This document shows positions 50,483-59,574 of a stretch of DNA of 64,000 bases, in pieces (position 1 is the stretch's first letter; every line of letters starts with the position of its first letter). Both the position numbers and the translations under genes were made by a program. The stretch comes from an uncultured Gammaproteobacteria bacterium (lineage in GTDB: Bacteria > Patescibacteriota > Microgenomatia > Levybacterales > GWA1-39-11), in NCBI GenBank assembly GCA_964409875.1, contig CAYPEN010000002.1:65067-129066 (forward strand), written 5' to 3'. The notes beneath the pieces were generated by a model. The model made no database searches. It was not told where the DNA came from and saw only the letters and a list, made by a program, of their open reading frames with translations.

Positions 50483-50520
50483 ATTATACCCATAATACAG
50501 AATCTTCACCCGGTGGTCAA
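50483..50520 (-). promoter_or_regulatory. Sigma70-type promoter of the precursor gene
   Basis: Minus strand TTGACC-17 nt-TATTAT, plus a second TATAAT at 50488-50483. Confidence 0.6.
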
Positions 50521-50532
50521 ATTGAGTATCCC

Positions 50533-51801
50533 CTATAAGAAGGGATGAGGGATTTGATTTATTTTCACATTTTCAGCTCTAAAGAAATCAGCAACCTGCT
50601 TAAGCCTTTTCCTGTTAACAAATTTCTTTTGTTTTTCAAACAGGTATAGAGGTTGTAAGTTAGGAATTAAAATTTTATATGTTACATAATTAATTTTTTT
50701 TAACTGTCTGGCACTTATATCAGCACAAAATATTTCATACCCTTTTTGGCTCAATATTTTTACAACATGCTCTAATTCTTCTTTTTCCGATCCCTGAAAT
50801 TTTGTCATTCTTTTTTTCGATGGTTTTTGTGAAAATAGAAAATCAAGCTTGTCAATCGCCTCAACCGGCCACCAGTAAAATCCACGTTCATGCAGCTCCT
50901 TCATGAACTTGCCCTCGTTTTTAACTTTTTCGCCATTTAATGACGATAGTTTTGCAGCTCTCATGATACTTCTTACCATAAAAGATTCATCAATACTTCC
51001 TTTTATCGCATTTATGCAATTGAAACCCGCTTTCGCCCCTACCGATACAGCGGGGCCAAGTCCAGTCCTGTCAACCAGTATCGATATGAACGATGGGATG
51101 CCCAAATCATTGGTGGCATCAAATATAGATAGCTCCAAATTATACCGTTTAATCGACTTTAAAACAGACAAAAGATCTTTATCTTTTTGTTCATTAATAT
51201 CAATCATAGGTAGCCGTATGGAATTTAAATACGCACAAACAAAAGCGTCTCTCTCAATTACTTCGTAAATACCTCTTAATACTGATGACTCGAAGTTAAA
51301 GCCTCCAGCTGCACCTGTACTTACGAGAGGATATCTATAATCTATTTCCTTTCTGGACGATTTATAATTTAGATAGACAAGCTTTGCAGGAATAACGGTA
51401 GTATTTTTTTTCATAAGATTAATCCCCTCGATATAGCTGACTAATCCATTTTCTCTTATTACCGGAGAAAAAGCTGACAATGGAAATTTGCGATGAAGCC
51501 AGTTGTCGGCTTTTATGTGTTTGACCTTTTTTTCCTTGTAAGATGACAGAGAATAGCGTTCTATAGTCTCACCTAAACATTTCAGAAGAGCGATTTCTCG
51601 GTTGGAAAGCGACACGCCACTTGCACCTAATTCTTTATCGAGATAACCGTCAGTGTGTTTTTGGCTAAGTGCTAGCTTTGCGAAGTAATAATAGAACCTC
51701 GGATCATCATTGAAATATTTTGCTTCACCTATTGACTCCAAAATCCCTAGATCCAATAAACTATCGAGCATTTTTTCCATAGTATTTCTCATATTATTCA
51801 T
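50533..51801 (-). CDS. YcaO family cyclodehydratase-like protein (stand-alone)
   Basis: GETIERYS, STGAAGG, GIYEVIERDA and DLGIP motifs, with a Pro-rich C-terminus IPHPFL. Confidence 0.93.
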   Translation of the reverse strand: MNNMRNTMEKMLDSLLDLGILESIGEAKYFNDDPRFYYYFAKLALSQKHTDGYLDKELGASGVSLSNREIALLKCLGETIERYSLSSYKEKKVKHIKADNWLHRKFPLSAFSPVIRENGLVSYIEGINLMKKNTTVIPAKLVYLNYKSSRKEIDYRYPLVSTGAAGGFNFESSVLRGIYEVIERDAFVCAYLNSIRLPMIDINEQKDKDLLSVLKSIKRYNLELSIFDATNDLGIPSFISILVDRTGLGPAVSVGAKAGFNCINAIKGSIDESFMVRSIMRAAKLSSLNGEKVKNEGKFMKELHERGFYWWPVEAIDKLDFLFSQKPSKKRMTKFQGSEKEELEHVVKILSQKGYEIFCADISARQLKKINYVTYKILIPNLQPLYLFEKQKKFVNRKRLKQVADFFRAENVKINQIPHPFL

Positions 51802-51863
51802 CCTTATTAGACTAGAAAAACATATTAGGAGAATATGTATCTTTATGCAAGGGTCAAGAGGGG

Positions 51864-52451
51864 TTAAATTCGAGTTATAGTCAATTCATTTAAAAAGTCC
51901 GGGTATCTTTTCATTAATGATGTGTTAATTTTTATTATTACTTTATCTCCGGGTTTCAAGTCATTAACTTTAATAGGTATATCATTTCCGGCCTTTTTTT
52001 CAAAAACGTGCACTCTATTCATGTATTTACCTCCCACATAATATGGAACTTTATAAGAATCCTTTAAGGATGGGTCATCATAATTTAAAGTAATGGAAAA
52101 TGCATATGGTGCATTTAATCTGGGAGCAATTCCACCCTTCACATCAACGTCTCCAATATAACCCTCATATTCGAGCACCGAATAAGCTTGGTGTAATTTT
52201 TTAAAATCGGATAGTTTTTGTAAAAGAGTTGTCCGCGAAGAATAGATTTTTAATTGTTGATCGTAACTTGTCCCATTATTATCTTGGGTCTGGTGCCATG
52301 GTAAATATGAAGCTATATGAATGACCCCAAATCGGTCCAATACAAAAATTGCAATTGCAATCACACTTAATATCACTAAAACTTCATATATCAAGGCCCT
52401 TACCCCTACCGCTCTTTTCCTGGTTTCGCTTTGCATACTAAAGTTTTCCAT
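51864..52451 (-). CDS. Membrane-anchored hypothetical protein (paralog family)
   Basis: TM plus EYEGYI and DLKPGDKVIIK motifs. Confidence 0.7.
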   Translation of the reverse strand: MENFSMQSETRKRAVGVRALIYEVLVILSVIAIAIFVLDRFGVIHIASYLPWHQTQDNNGTSYDQQLKIYSSRTTLLQKLSDFKKLHQAYSVLEYEGYIGDVDVKGGIAPRLNAPYAFSITLNYDDPSLKDSYKVPYYVGGKYMNRVHVFEKKAGNDIPIKVNDLKPGDKVIIKINTSLMKRYPDFLNELTITRI

Positions 52452-52452
52452 A

Positions 52453-53046
52453 TTATTGTTTGGTAATTAAAACTTGGTTGATATTATTGGGATAGGCACG
52501 AAGAGTTCCTGTATTCGTCCTAACTGTTACTTTATCACCGACCCTCAGATCTTTCAAACTTATCACCTTTTTCAAAGAATCTACAACCTTTATCTTATCC
52601 ATTGCTAATGTAGGATAAAGAAGTGTTGCACTTTCTGAACCCTTACCTACTCCTACTACTAACTTTGCACTTATAGAAGCTTTCGTTGCGGTATCCACTT
52701 CAGGGTTCAAATCTATTGTTATTATTTTCCCTTCAAATTCACTGATATTTTGAGCCATATGTAAAGCTTTATTTCTAGAAACAATATTTAAGTCTGGCTG
52801 GGCTGGATTTAGCTTGATATAATTTTGTTTCTGACTTAGCCTCTGATTGTCGAATGAATTAGGCTTTATTTTTGCATTTTGACTAGGTTGGAAATTAGGT
52901 TTTCGTGCAAAAAGAGCATATATATCTATGATCTTCAAAAAATTGAGCATAAAAATAACAATGCTTGTCAAAATAAGGATTATTGCAATCTCAATTATTG
53001 CAGCTTTCAAAATCCCGAAAGTTGTTGTCGAAGTATTATTTTCCAC
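52453..53046 (-). CDS. Membrane-anchored hypothetical protein (paralog family)
   Basis: TM plus EFEGKI and DLRVGDKVTVR motifs. Confidence 0.7.
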   Translation of the reverse strand: MENNTSTTTFGILKAAIIEIAIILILTSIVIFMLNFLKIIDIYALFARKPNFQPSQNAKIKPNSFDNQRLSQKQNYIKLNPAQPDLNIVSRNKALHMAQNISEFEGKIITIDLNPEVDTATKASISAKLVVGVGKGSESATLLYPTLAMDKIKVVDSLKKVISLKDLRVGDKVTVRTNTGTLRAYPNNINQVLITKQ

Positions 53047-53137
53047 TTTATCTCATTTTAAGTATTAAAATAAGCAAAAGTCAATCGAATTTGAATTCAT
53101 TGACGCTGCATACTTTTTTGTGTTAGGCTGGAATATA

Positions 53138-53554
53138 ATGAAACGCAAACAACAAGCAATGCTTATCCGCATTTTCTTTAGCATAGTTATATTATCAGTC
53201 CTCGCTATATTAGTTATTCCCAAAAATAATTCCACACAACCCCCTCAGCAAAAAAGCTTGATGCTATCCAAAAAAACAATAGTTGTACATTCCATTACTC
53301 TTACCTCAAGAGGTTTTGAGCCCTCAAAAATTACTATCAAAAAAGGGGAAATTGTAAGATGGACCAATCATAGCGGTAAGACGGGAAGTGTCAATTCTGC
53401 CGAACACCCTACTCATATGCTTTATCCGTTTTTAAATTTAGGACAATTTGATAATAATTCAAGTGTTCAAGCAACAATTTATCGGACTGGTGAACTTCGC
53501 TACGTCAACCATTATATCCCTTCCCAAAGGGGAACAATTATCGTAACCGAATAA
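53138..53554 (+). CDS. Cupredoxin-fold membrane-anchored protein
   Basis: GFEP..ITIKKGE.V.WTN, HPTH..YP and G...Y.NH......GTIIV motifs; the canonical Cys ligand is absent. Confidence 0.75.
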   Translation: MKRKQQAMLIRIFFSIVILSVLAILVIPKNNSTQPPQQKSLMLSKKTIVVHSITLTSRGFEPSKITIKKGEIVRWTNHSGKTGSVNSAEHPTHMLYPFLNLGQFDNNSSVQATIYRTGELRYVNHYIPSQRGTIIVTE

Positions 53555-53557
53555 AAA

Positions 53558-55606
53558 CTACCGCAGAACTCCTACTAACTTTAGCACGTAAGGCATGACT
53601 TGGGTTATTTGAGGCTTTTTAAAACCCAATTTTCTATTTGAGAGCAATACGCCGGGTACTTCGGTCGGGTCAAAAAGGTGATCCCCGCTCCATTTATAAG
53701 TTCTCTTTGTTATCACATCAGGAGTTGTCGCCCCTATCGCGCTGTCCCAGGATGAGCGCGTTCCTTTATAAAAACCTAAAATCAGATCAGGTGCGTAGTT
53801 ATCATCGGGTGAAACACCCATCTCTTCTCTTGTATAAACGTGCTTCATTATCTTATCTCCCGTTTGAGGATTTATCTCATCCATTAATTTTTGAATGATC
53901 TCTTTTTGTAACTCTCGTATATCTTTAGGATGAACTGATCCTTCTTCTTCGCGTCCTGAAATATTGAAAAACACACTGTTGTATCCTGCAGCATACGCTT
54001 TCGTCTTGCTCCAATCGACAGAATCATATAATGGTCCGGATTCATTTGCTCCCTCTCTTAATACCAAATAACCATTCTTGACCAAGAAAGTATTAACGTT
54101 CATTTCGTAATCAAATGAATAAAACCCATGATCGGAAAGTATCAGGAAAGTCGTATCCTTATCCATTTTTGCAATGGTCTGCCCTACTATCTCATCCATT
54201 TTTTCATAATACTGGTTTATCGTGTCATGATATGGACTGTTTTGATCTTTTAAAAATCGCCAGAACATATGAGAAATTGTATCCGGCATGCCAAAATAGG
54301 CAAAAAGGATTCCGTTGTTGTAAGAGGCAAGCTTTGAGTAATAAATTTTCTTTCTTTCGGCAAGAATTGAATCTGCTTGCTTAAGGAAAGCCTTTTCATC
54401 AAACACGTTCTCTTCCAAAGCCCAGGTGTCATGCGGAAGACCCAAAGTTGAGTACAACCCAAGCTCCTTTGAGAGTTTTGCAGAAAATCCTTTCGGTGCA
54501 GAAATAGGTTTTAAAGGTGTTTCAGGGTCAAAATTAATGGGTGACATATACAACTCAATGTCGGGAGATACACTTTTGAGGTAAAACTTGGCTATCCCTT
54601 TAACTTTTGTAAAGAAGTCTATGCCAAATTCCAAACGTTTCCAATCGGAAAACTCCCCTTTAGCAATTTTGAAAGTTTGCTTTTGAACGCTAATTTCAAC
54701 AGAAGAATCCTTAATAACCTTAATGGTAAGCGGAACTGTTGCTACTTTTGTATCGTTACCGCCATTATATTTTGGTCCCTCTATATTTGTATCTATTGTC
54801 TTTTTATATGAAACGGGAATTACTTTTCCCCTCCAGGTATAATCATTGGTCGGATACTTTCTTGTAGTAAAAAGCGTAAATGTTCCCTGAGTTCCAAGGA
54901 CATCGGGTACCCCCATTCCTGCAATCATCTCGCCAGTCAGTGATTTTGGCGGCTCGAAAGTATCGGGCAAAAATAAAACGGTAACTGGAACTTTGTTTGC
55001 GGTTGTCTTTTCCCAAAAAGGAGTTGCATGAAGTGTCGTTGTATTTTTGTCGTTGCCTGAAAAGACTAAATTTAGGCCGTAATTTGCAGGATCCCGCTCA
55101 ATAAAGTCATATACTCCGTGCTGTGAAGGATTCTCCCCAGTTATAAAACTCGCCCATGCAACTGGGGACTGAGGCGGAACAACCGTTGCAAGAGGAGAGA
55201 AATAGCCCGTATCTTTAAGTTTTTTTAAATTTTTAAACCTTCCATTTTTCCACCCTTCTTCAAGAATATTTGGGTCCATTCCGTCAAAACCCAATATGAT
55301 TACTTTTTTTGTTTGCTTGGTGCCCAACAGAGACATACCCCCAATTATACCAGCGAATAAAACAAGCAAAATAAGAACAACAATAACGCTCTTTTTTCTG
55401 AAAAACGGGAATATTTTATATCTTAAATAGAATAAGCTCGAACCCAAAGCTCCCAGTATAACAGCAAGAAAAATTGGAATATTTGAACCCAATACGTATC
55501 CTGACCCAGGGTCTATATAGTTTAAAATCAATTGTGGATTTGAAAGAAGGGTTGCTGTGTACTGCAATTGCACCTCGCTTGCTGCTATTTGACAAAGAGC
55601 GCACAT
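53558..55606 (-). CDS. Alkaline phosphatase superfamily (type I phosphodiesterase-like) protein with N-terminal YIDPGSG membrane module
   Basis: ILGFDGMD, PPQSPVAW.SF.TG, LSDHGF and SGDH motifs. Confidence 0.85.
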   Translation of the reverse strand: MCALCQIAASEVQLQYTATLLSNPQLILNYIDPGSGYVLGSNIPIFLAVILGALGSSLFYLRYKIFPFFRKKSVIVVLILLVLFAGIIGGMSLLGTKQTKKVIILGFDGMDPNILEEGWKNGRFKNLKKLKDTGYFSPLATVVPPQSPVAWASFITGENPSQHGVYDFIERDPANYGLNLVFSGNDKNTTTLHATPFWEKTTANKVPVTVLFLPDTFEPPKSLTGEMIAGMGVPDVLGTQGTFTLFTTRKYPTNDYTWRGKVIPVSYKKTIDTNIEGPKYNGGNDTKVATVPLTIKVIKDSSVEISVQKQTFKIAKGEFSDWKRLEFGIDFFTKVKGIAKFYLKSVSPDIELYMSPINFDPETPLKPISAPKGFSAKLSKELGLYSTLGLPHDTWALEENVFDEKAFLKQADSILAERKKIYYSKLASYNNGILFAYFGMPDTISHMFWRFLKDQNSPYHDTINQYYEKMDEIVGQTIAKMDKDTTFLILSDHGFYSFDYEMNVNTFLVKNGYLVLREGANESGPLYDSVDWSKTKAYAAGYNSVFFNISGREEEGSVHPKDIRELQKEIIQKLMDEINPQTGDKIMKHVYTREEMGVSPDDNYAPDLILGFYKGTRSSWDSAIGATTPDVITKRTYKWSGDHLFDPTEVPGVLLSNRKLGFKKPQITQVMPYVLKLVGVLR

Positions 55607-55632
55607 AGACCTACATTATATACTACAAAAAT

Positions 55633-56301
55633 ATGACCCTTCAGGATAAAATTGCCAAAACCAAGCAGATTTTAAAACAGGCTGAGAAGAAGTATGGCTT
55701 CAAAGATATTGCCCTTGCCTGGAAAGGTGGAAAAGACACAACAACCCTTATGCATATCATCCTGACTCTATATAATGGCGTTATTCCGTACAAGGTTATG
55801 TTCAATGACACGACAATAGAATTTCCGCAAATGTATAAATTCATTGAAAAAGTTGCCCACCAATGGAATTTGAATTTAATAATAGAGAAACATTCAGATA
55901 GTGACCTTGCAAACTACAAAAAAGCCCGCGGAATGGCCTTAAAGGAAGAAATCTCACGGCTCGCAAAAATCAATTCACTCAACAGAGCGTTGGAAAAGTA
56001 TAAATTAAAAGGTTATATGCTGGGAATACGCCGTGACGAAAACCCAGCAAGGAAAAATGAAAAATACTTCTCTCCTCGTCCAAACCACATAAGAATTCAC
56101 CCGTTACTTGAATTTACCGAGGAAGACGTGTGGGCATATATCCGTCTTTTCAACGTCCCTTACTCACCACTCTATGATAAAGGCTACCGCTCAATAGGCG
56201 AAAAACCTTTTACAAAAAAATCCTCGGGTGATGAGCGTTCCGGACGGGAACAAAATAAGGAAAAAATGATGGAAAAATTACGACAAATGGGATATTGGTG
56301 A
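55633..56301 (+). CDS. PAPS reductase family (CysH/CysD-like PP-loop) protein
   Basis: GGKDT, GIRRDE..AR, HPLL.FTE.DVW.YI, PLYDKGYRSIG and ERSGR motifs. Confidence 0.85.
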   Translation: MTLQDKIAKTKQILKQAEKKYGFKDIALAWKGGKDTTTLMHIILTLYNGVIPYKVMFNDTTIEFPQMYKFIEKVAHQWNLNLIIEKHSDSDLANYKKARGMALKEEISRLAKINSLNRALEKYKLKGYMLGIRRDENPARKNEKYFSPRPNHIRIHPLLEFTEEDVWAYIRLFNVPYSPLYDKGYRSIGEKPFTKKSSGDERSGREQNKEKMMEKLRQMGYW

Positions 56302-56302
56302 A

Positions 56303-57949
56303 TTACTTAATAAGTTTTTCCACCTTCAAAAACTTTAAAATTTCTCCCACACATACTTTAACGCTATGGTTTGTGGTATCAAGTATAATTTCAGGTGCAA
56401 GAGGCTTTTCGTAAGGGTCGTCTATTCCTGTTAAATTCTTAATCAAACCCATCTCAGCCTTTTTATACAGTCCTTTCGTATCCCTTTTTTTACATACGGA
56501 AAGTGGCGTTGAAACATATGCTTCGGCAAAAGTCCCAACCTGGGAAACAATTTCTCTCACCTCATCCCGCACCTTTCTATACGGCGCAATCGCCGCAACG
56601 ATTACTACCCCCTGGTGTTTTACGATTTCACCTGCAACAAACCCAATACGCCGAATGTTCTCGTCCCTATCATCCCTTGAAAACCCGAGGCCTTTTGTCA
56701 AATGTTTTCTAATAATATCCCCGTCAAGAAGCGTAACCGGCTTGTTGTACCTATCCATAAGCACTAACGATAGACTTTTTGCAACTGTTGATTTGCCTGC
56801 ACCTGAAAGACCGGTCAGAAAGACACAAAAACCCTTTTGCCTTTTAACTCTTCTCTTGAGGATTTTAATAACAGGTGGAAAAGAAAACCATTCCGGAACT
56901 TTTTCGTCTTCTCTTAACATCTTTCGAAATTGCGTCCCGGAAATCCGCTTGATGGCTTTCGCATCTTTGTTTTTGGCTGAAACTTCAACATATTGCTTGT
57001 TCTTTTCATCGTAAGCCATCTCGTTAAATTCAATAATTTTTATTCCAATCTCTCTGGCGTATTTTTGCGCAAGCTTTTGGGCATCGTAAGGCTCATAGAA
57101 AAGATTACCGTGACTATCTGTTCCGGGATCTGCATGGGACCGTCCGACAATAAAATGTGTACAACCATAGTTTTTACGGATAATTGCGTGCAGGATAGCC
57201 TCTCTTGGTCCTGCCATTCGCATCGCTAATGGCAATAGGCTAAGGGTAGAAAAATCCTTGGCGTATTTTCTTTGAATGATTTTGTAGCATTTAACTCTAG
57301 TTATATAGTCGATATCTCCGTCTTTCGTCTCCCCCACCGAAGGATGGATAAGAGCGTGTGCTTTTTCTTTTTCTGCAGCCTTCTTTATCATCCAGAAGTG
57401 AGCCTGATGAATAGGATTTCTTGTTTGAAATCCAATTACTTTCTTCCATCCTCTTTTCTTAAAATATTTCTTTAACTGCTGGGGTGTCTTTCTTAAATTC
57501 TTATAATCGTAGTGCTCAATAGAGCCCAATTTTTCAACTTTTCCACCAAGATAGTACTCATTTGTCCTTTCAAACAGATATTTGACTCCAAAATGTTCTT
57601 TTGAATCGGTTCCATACACCATTTGTGCTTCCTTTTTCTTGTCCGGCTTGTAGATAGACTCAACATGAAGTGTTGCAACCGGCTTTTCGGAAAGGTCGCA
57701 AAGTAGTACTTTTTGTCCAACATTAAAACCAGCTAATCCCTCTACATCCAAAACGATAGGAATTGGCCATAGAATGCCGTTTGAAAGGCGCATTTGGCTT
57801 ACAACAGAGCGGTAGTCGTCTTCGTTAAGAAATCCTGTCAAGGGGGCAAATCCGCCGTTTAGAATCAATTCTAAATCACAAAGCTGGCGGGTAGACAGAA
57901 AGATTTTAGAAAGAAAAGCCTCTGATGCTTCTTTCTGTAACATATTCAT
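56303..57949 (-). CDS. sat: Bifunctional sulfate adenylyltransferase / adenylylsulfate kinase
   Basis: FQTRNPIHQAH, MRMAGPREA, THFIVGR.HA, then TGLSGAGKST, LLDGD and KGLY motifs. Confidence 0.95.
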   Translation of the reverse strand: MNMLQKEASEAFLSKIFLSTRQLCDLELILNGGFAPLTGFLNEDDYRSVVSQMRLSNGILWPIPIVLDVEGLAGFNVGQKVLLCDLSEKPVATLHVESIYKPDKKKEAQMVYGTDSKEHFGVKYLFERTNEYYLGGKVEKLGSIEHYDYKNLRKTPQQLKKYFKKRGWKKVIGFQTRNPIHQAHFWMIKKAAEKEKAHALIHPSVGETKDGDIDYITRVKCYKIIQRKYAKDFSTLSLLPLAMRMAGPREAILHAIIRKNYGCTHFIVGRSHADPGTDSHGNLFYEPYDAQKLAQKYAREIGIKIIEFNEMAYDEKNKQYVEVSAKNKDAKAIKRISGTQFRKMLREDEKVPEWFSFPPVIKILKRRVKRQKGFCVFLTGLSGAGKSTVAKSLSLVLMDRYNKPVTLLDGDIIRKHLTKGLGFSRDDRDENIRRIGFVAGEIVKHQGVVIVAAIAPYRKVRDEVREIVSQVGTFAEAYVSTPLSVCKKRDTKGLYKKAEMGLIKNLTGIDDPYEKPLAPEIILDTTNHSVKVCVGEILKFLKVEKLIK

Positions 57950-57982
57950 TGCATAATACCATAAAAAAATCGTGATGCAGAA

Positions 57983-59137
57983 CTAATAACTCTCTCCCGC
58001 ATTTGTAACGAAAACATCGTGAGGATGGGATTCCTGAAGGGACGCCTGCGTAATCTGATAGAACCGTGCTTTCTGATGCAATTCCGAAATGGTTTTTGCC
58101 CCTACATAATACATCCCCGACTTAATACCGCCTATTGCCTGTTCCATGACTTTTTGTACACTTCCTTTCACAGGCACCATGGCCTCTACTCCTTCGGCCA
58201 CAAGCACGCGCTCTTTGTAATAACTTTTTCCGTGAAATTCCGCTCCCGACTTGATTTTTGCCCCTAATTTCATCGCGGCAACGCTTCCCATCCCCCGGTA
58301 TTCCTTGAATAAATAGGTAGTATTGTGATTGAGAATGCTCTTAAAACGGGCTGGAACTTCATTTTTCGTAAGCCGTACCATCTTCCCCGGGGACTCCTCA
58401 CAGGCTGCGAAAAATGAGCCCATCATACATGCCGATGCGCCTAAAGCCAACGCTTTTACCATATCTCCTGAGTATCTCAGTCCTCCATCAGCAATCACTG
58501 GTATACCAGCCTGTTTTGCCGCTCTTACCGCCTCAGAAACAGCCGTTGCCTGCGGAACTCCCATTCCAGAAACAATTCTGGTAGTACAAATTGCGCCTGG
58601 TCCCATTCCTACCCGAAGGCAATCGACACCTGCTTTTATCATAGCCTTTGCCCCTTCATATGTTGCAATATTTCCACTCATGACAGGAAGTTGGGTGTAC
58701 GTTTTTTTAAGATACACGATAGCATCGATAATGCTACTTGTATATCCATGGGCTGTGTCCGTCACAATGATATCAACCCCTGCTTTGACTAACGCCTTTG
58801 TACGGTCAATCAAATCTCCATTTCCGGCAATAGCCGCTCCAACTACTAACGGTGAGCTTGCCGAACCCGCCTTTTTCACTTTTGCAACTTCAGCCGCCTG
58901 CTTTTGAATTGAAAGATTGCGGTGAATTATCCCAATTCCTCCCATTTTAGCAAGAGCAATGGCTAGTCTAGACTCAGTAACTGTATCCATTGGCGAGGAA
59001 ATAAAGGGTACGTCTAAAGAGATTTTTTTTGTAAGAGAAGTCTTGAGAGTTATGTCTGTTCTGGTGAAATCTGAGAAGCCGGGGATAAGTAAAATGTCGT
59101 CAAAAGTGTACGCTTTCGGGAACTTGTCGCTTTCCAT
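57983..59137 (-). CDS. guaB: IMP dehydrogenase lacking the CBS subdomain
   Basis: TFDDILL, SSPMDTVTE, GMGPGAICTTR, IADGG and YRGMGS motifs. Confidence 0.95.
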   Translation of the reverse strand: MESDKFPKAYTFDDILLIPGFSDFTRTDITLKTSLTKKISLDVPFISSPMDTVTESRLAIALAKMGGIGIIHRNLSIQKQAAEVAKVKKAGSASSPLVVGAAIAGNGDLIDRTKALVKAGVDIIVTDTAHGYTSSIIDAIVYLKKTYTQLPVMSGNIATYEGAKAMIKAGVDCLRVGMGPGAICTTRIVSGMGVPQATAVSEAVRAAKQAGIPVIADGGLRYSGDMVKALALGASACMMGSFFAACEESPGKMVRLTKNEVPARFKSILNHNTTYLFKEYRGMGSVAAMKLGAKIKSGAEFHGKSYYKERVLVAEGVEAMVPVKGSVQKVMEQAIGGIKSGMYYVGAKTISELHQKARFYQITQASLQESHPHDVFVTNAGESY

Positions 59138-59208
59138 AATTCATAGTAAAGAATTAAAAAAGCCTTGTCAAGAATGAATTTTAACTAAAAATTTGAAGCT
59201 AAATGCGG

Positions 59209-59574
59209 TTATCTTTTGTATCGTTTCAAGATTGTCTGCATTGCTGTTCGAAGGGTTAAAACCTCATTACCGTTCTTTGATGTTTTTGGCAAAATCCAAA
59301 AATGGATATGGGGATTGGAAAGGCCCAATGACATTGCAAGAACTCGCTGTGCCTTTGCAATATCATAACTTTTCAAAGAATACTTCTGAATGAGTTGGCC
59401 AATTTCGCTACTTTCTTCTACAGTCAGTTCGGCCAACGATTCGCAATGACGTTTCAAACGGATAAAGAAAAGGCCAGGGAATTTAAAATCACGAGGTTCA
59501 TCGACCAACCAACTTGTTCCTTCTTCAATGAATTGTTTTGATATATTCATTGCGCATAGAACACATTCAGCCAT
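59209..59574 (-). CDS. HIT-family protein (variant HxHxW motif)
   Basis: MAECVLC, PG......KRH..SL.EL and PHIHFWILP motifs. Confidence 0.75.
   Translation of the reverse strand: MAECVLCAMNISKQFIEEGTSWLVDEPRDFKFPGLFFIRLKRHCESLAELTVEESSEIGQLIQKYSLKSYDIAKAQRVLAMSLGLSNPHIHFWILPKTSKNGNEVLTLRTAMQTILKRYKR

Noticed and set aside
45183-51801. Classical lasso peptide cluster
   Set aside because: There is no asparagine-synthetase-like cyclase or B2 peptidase, and the core has no Asp/Glu acceptor.
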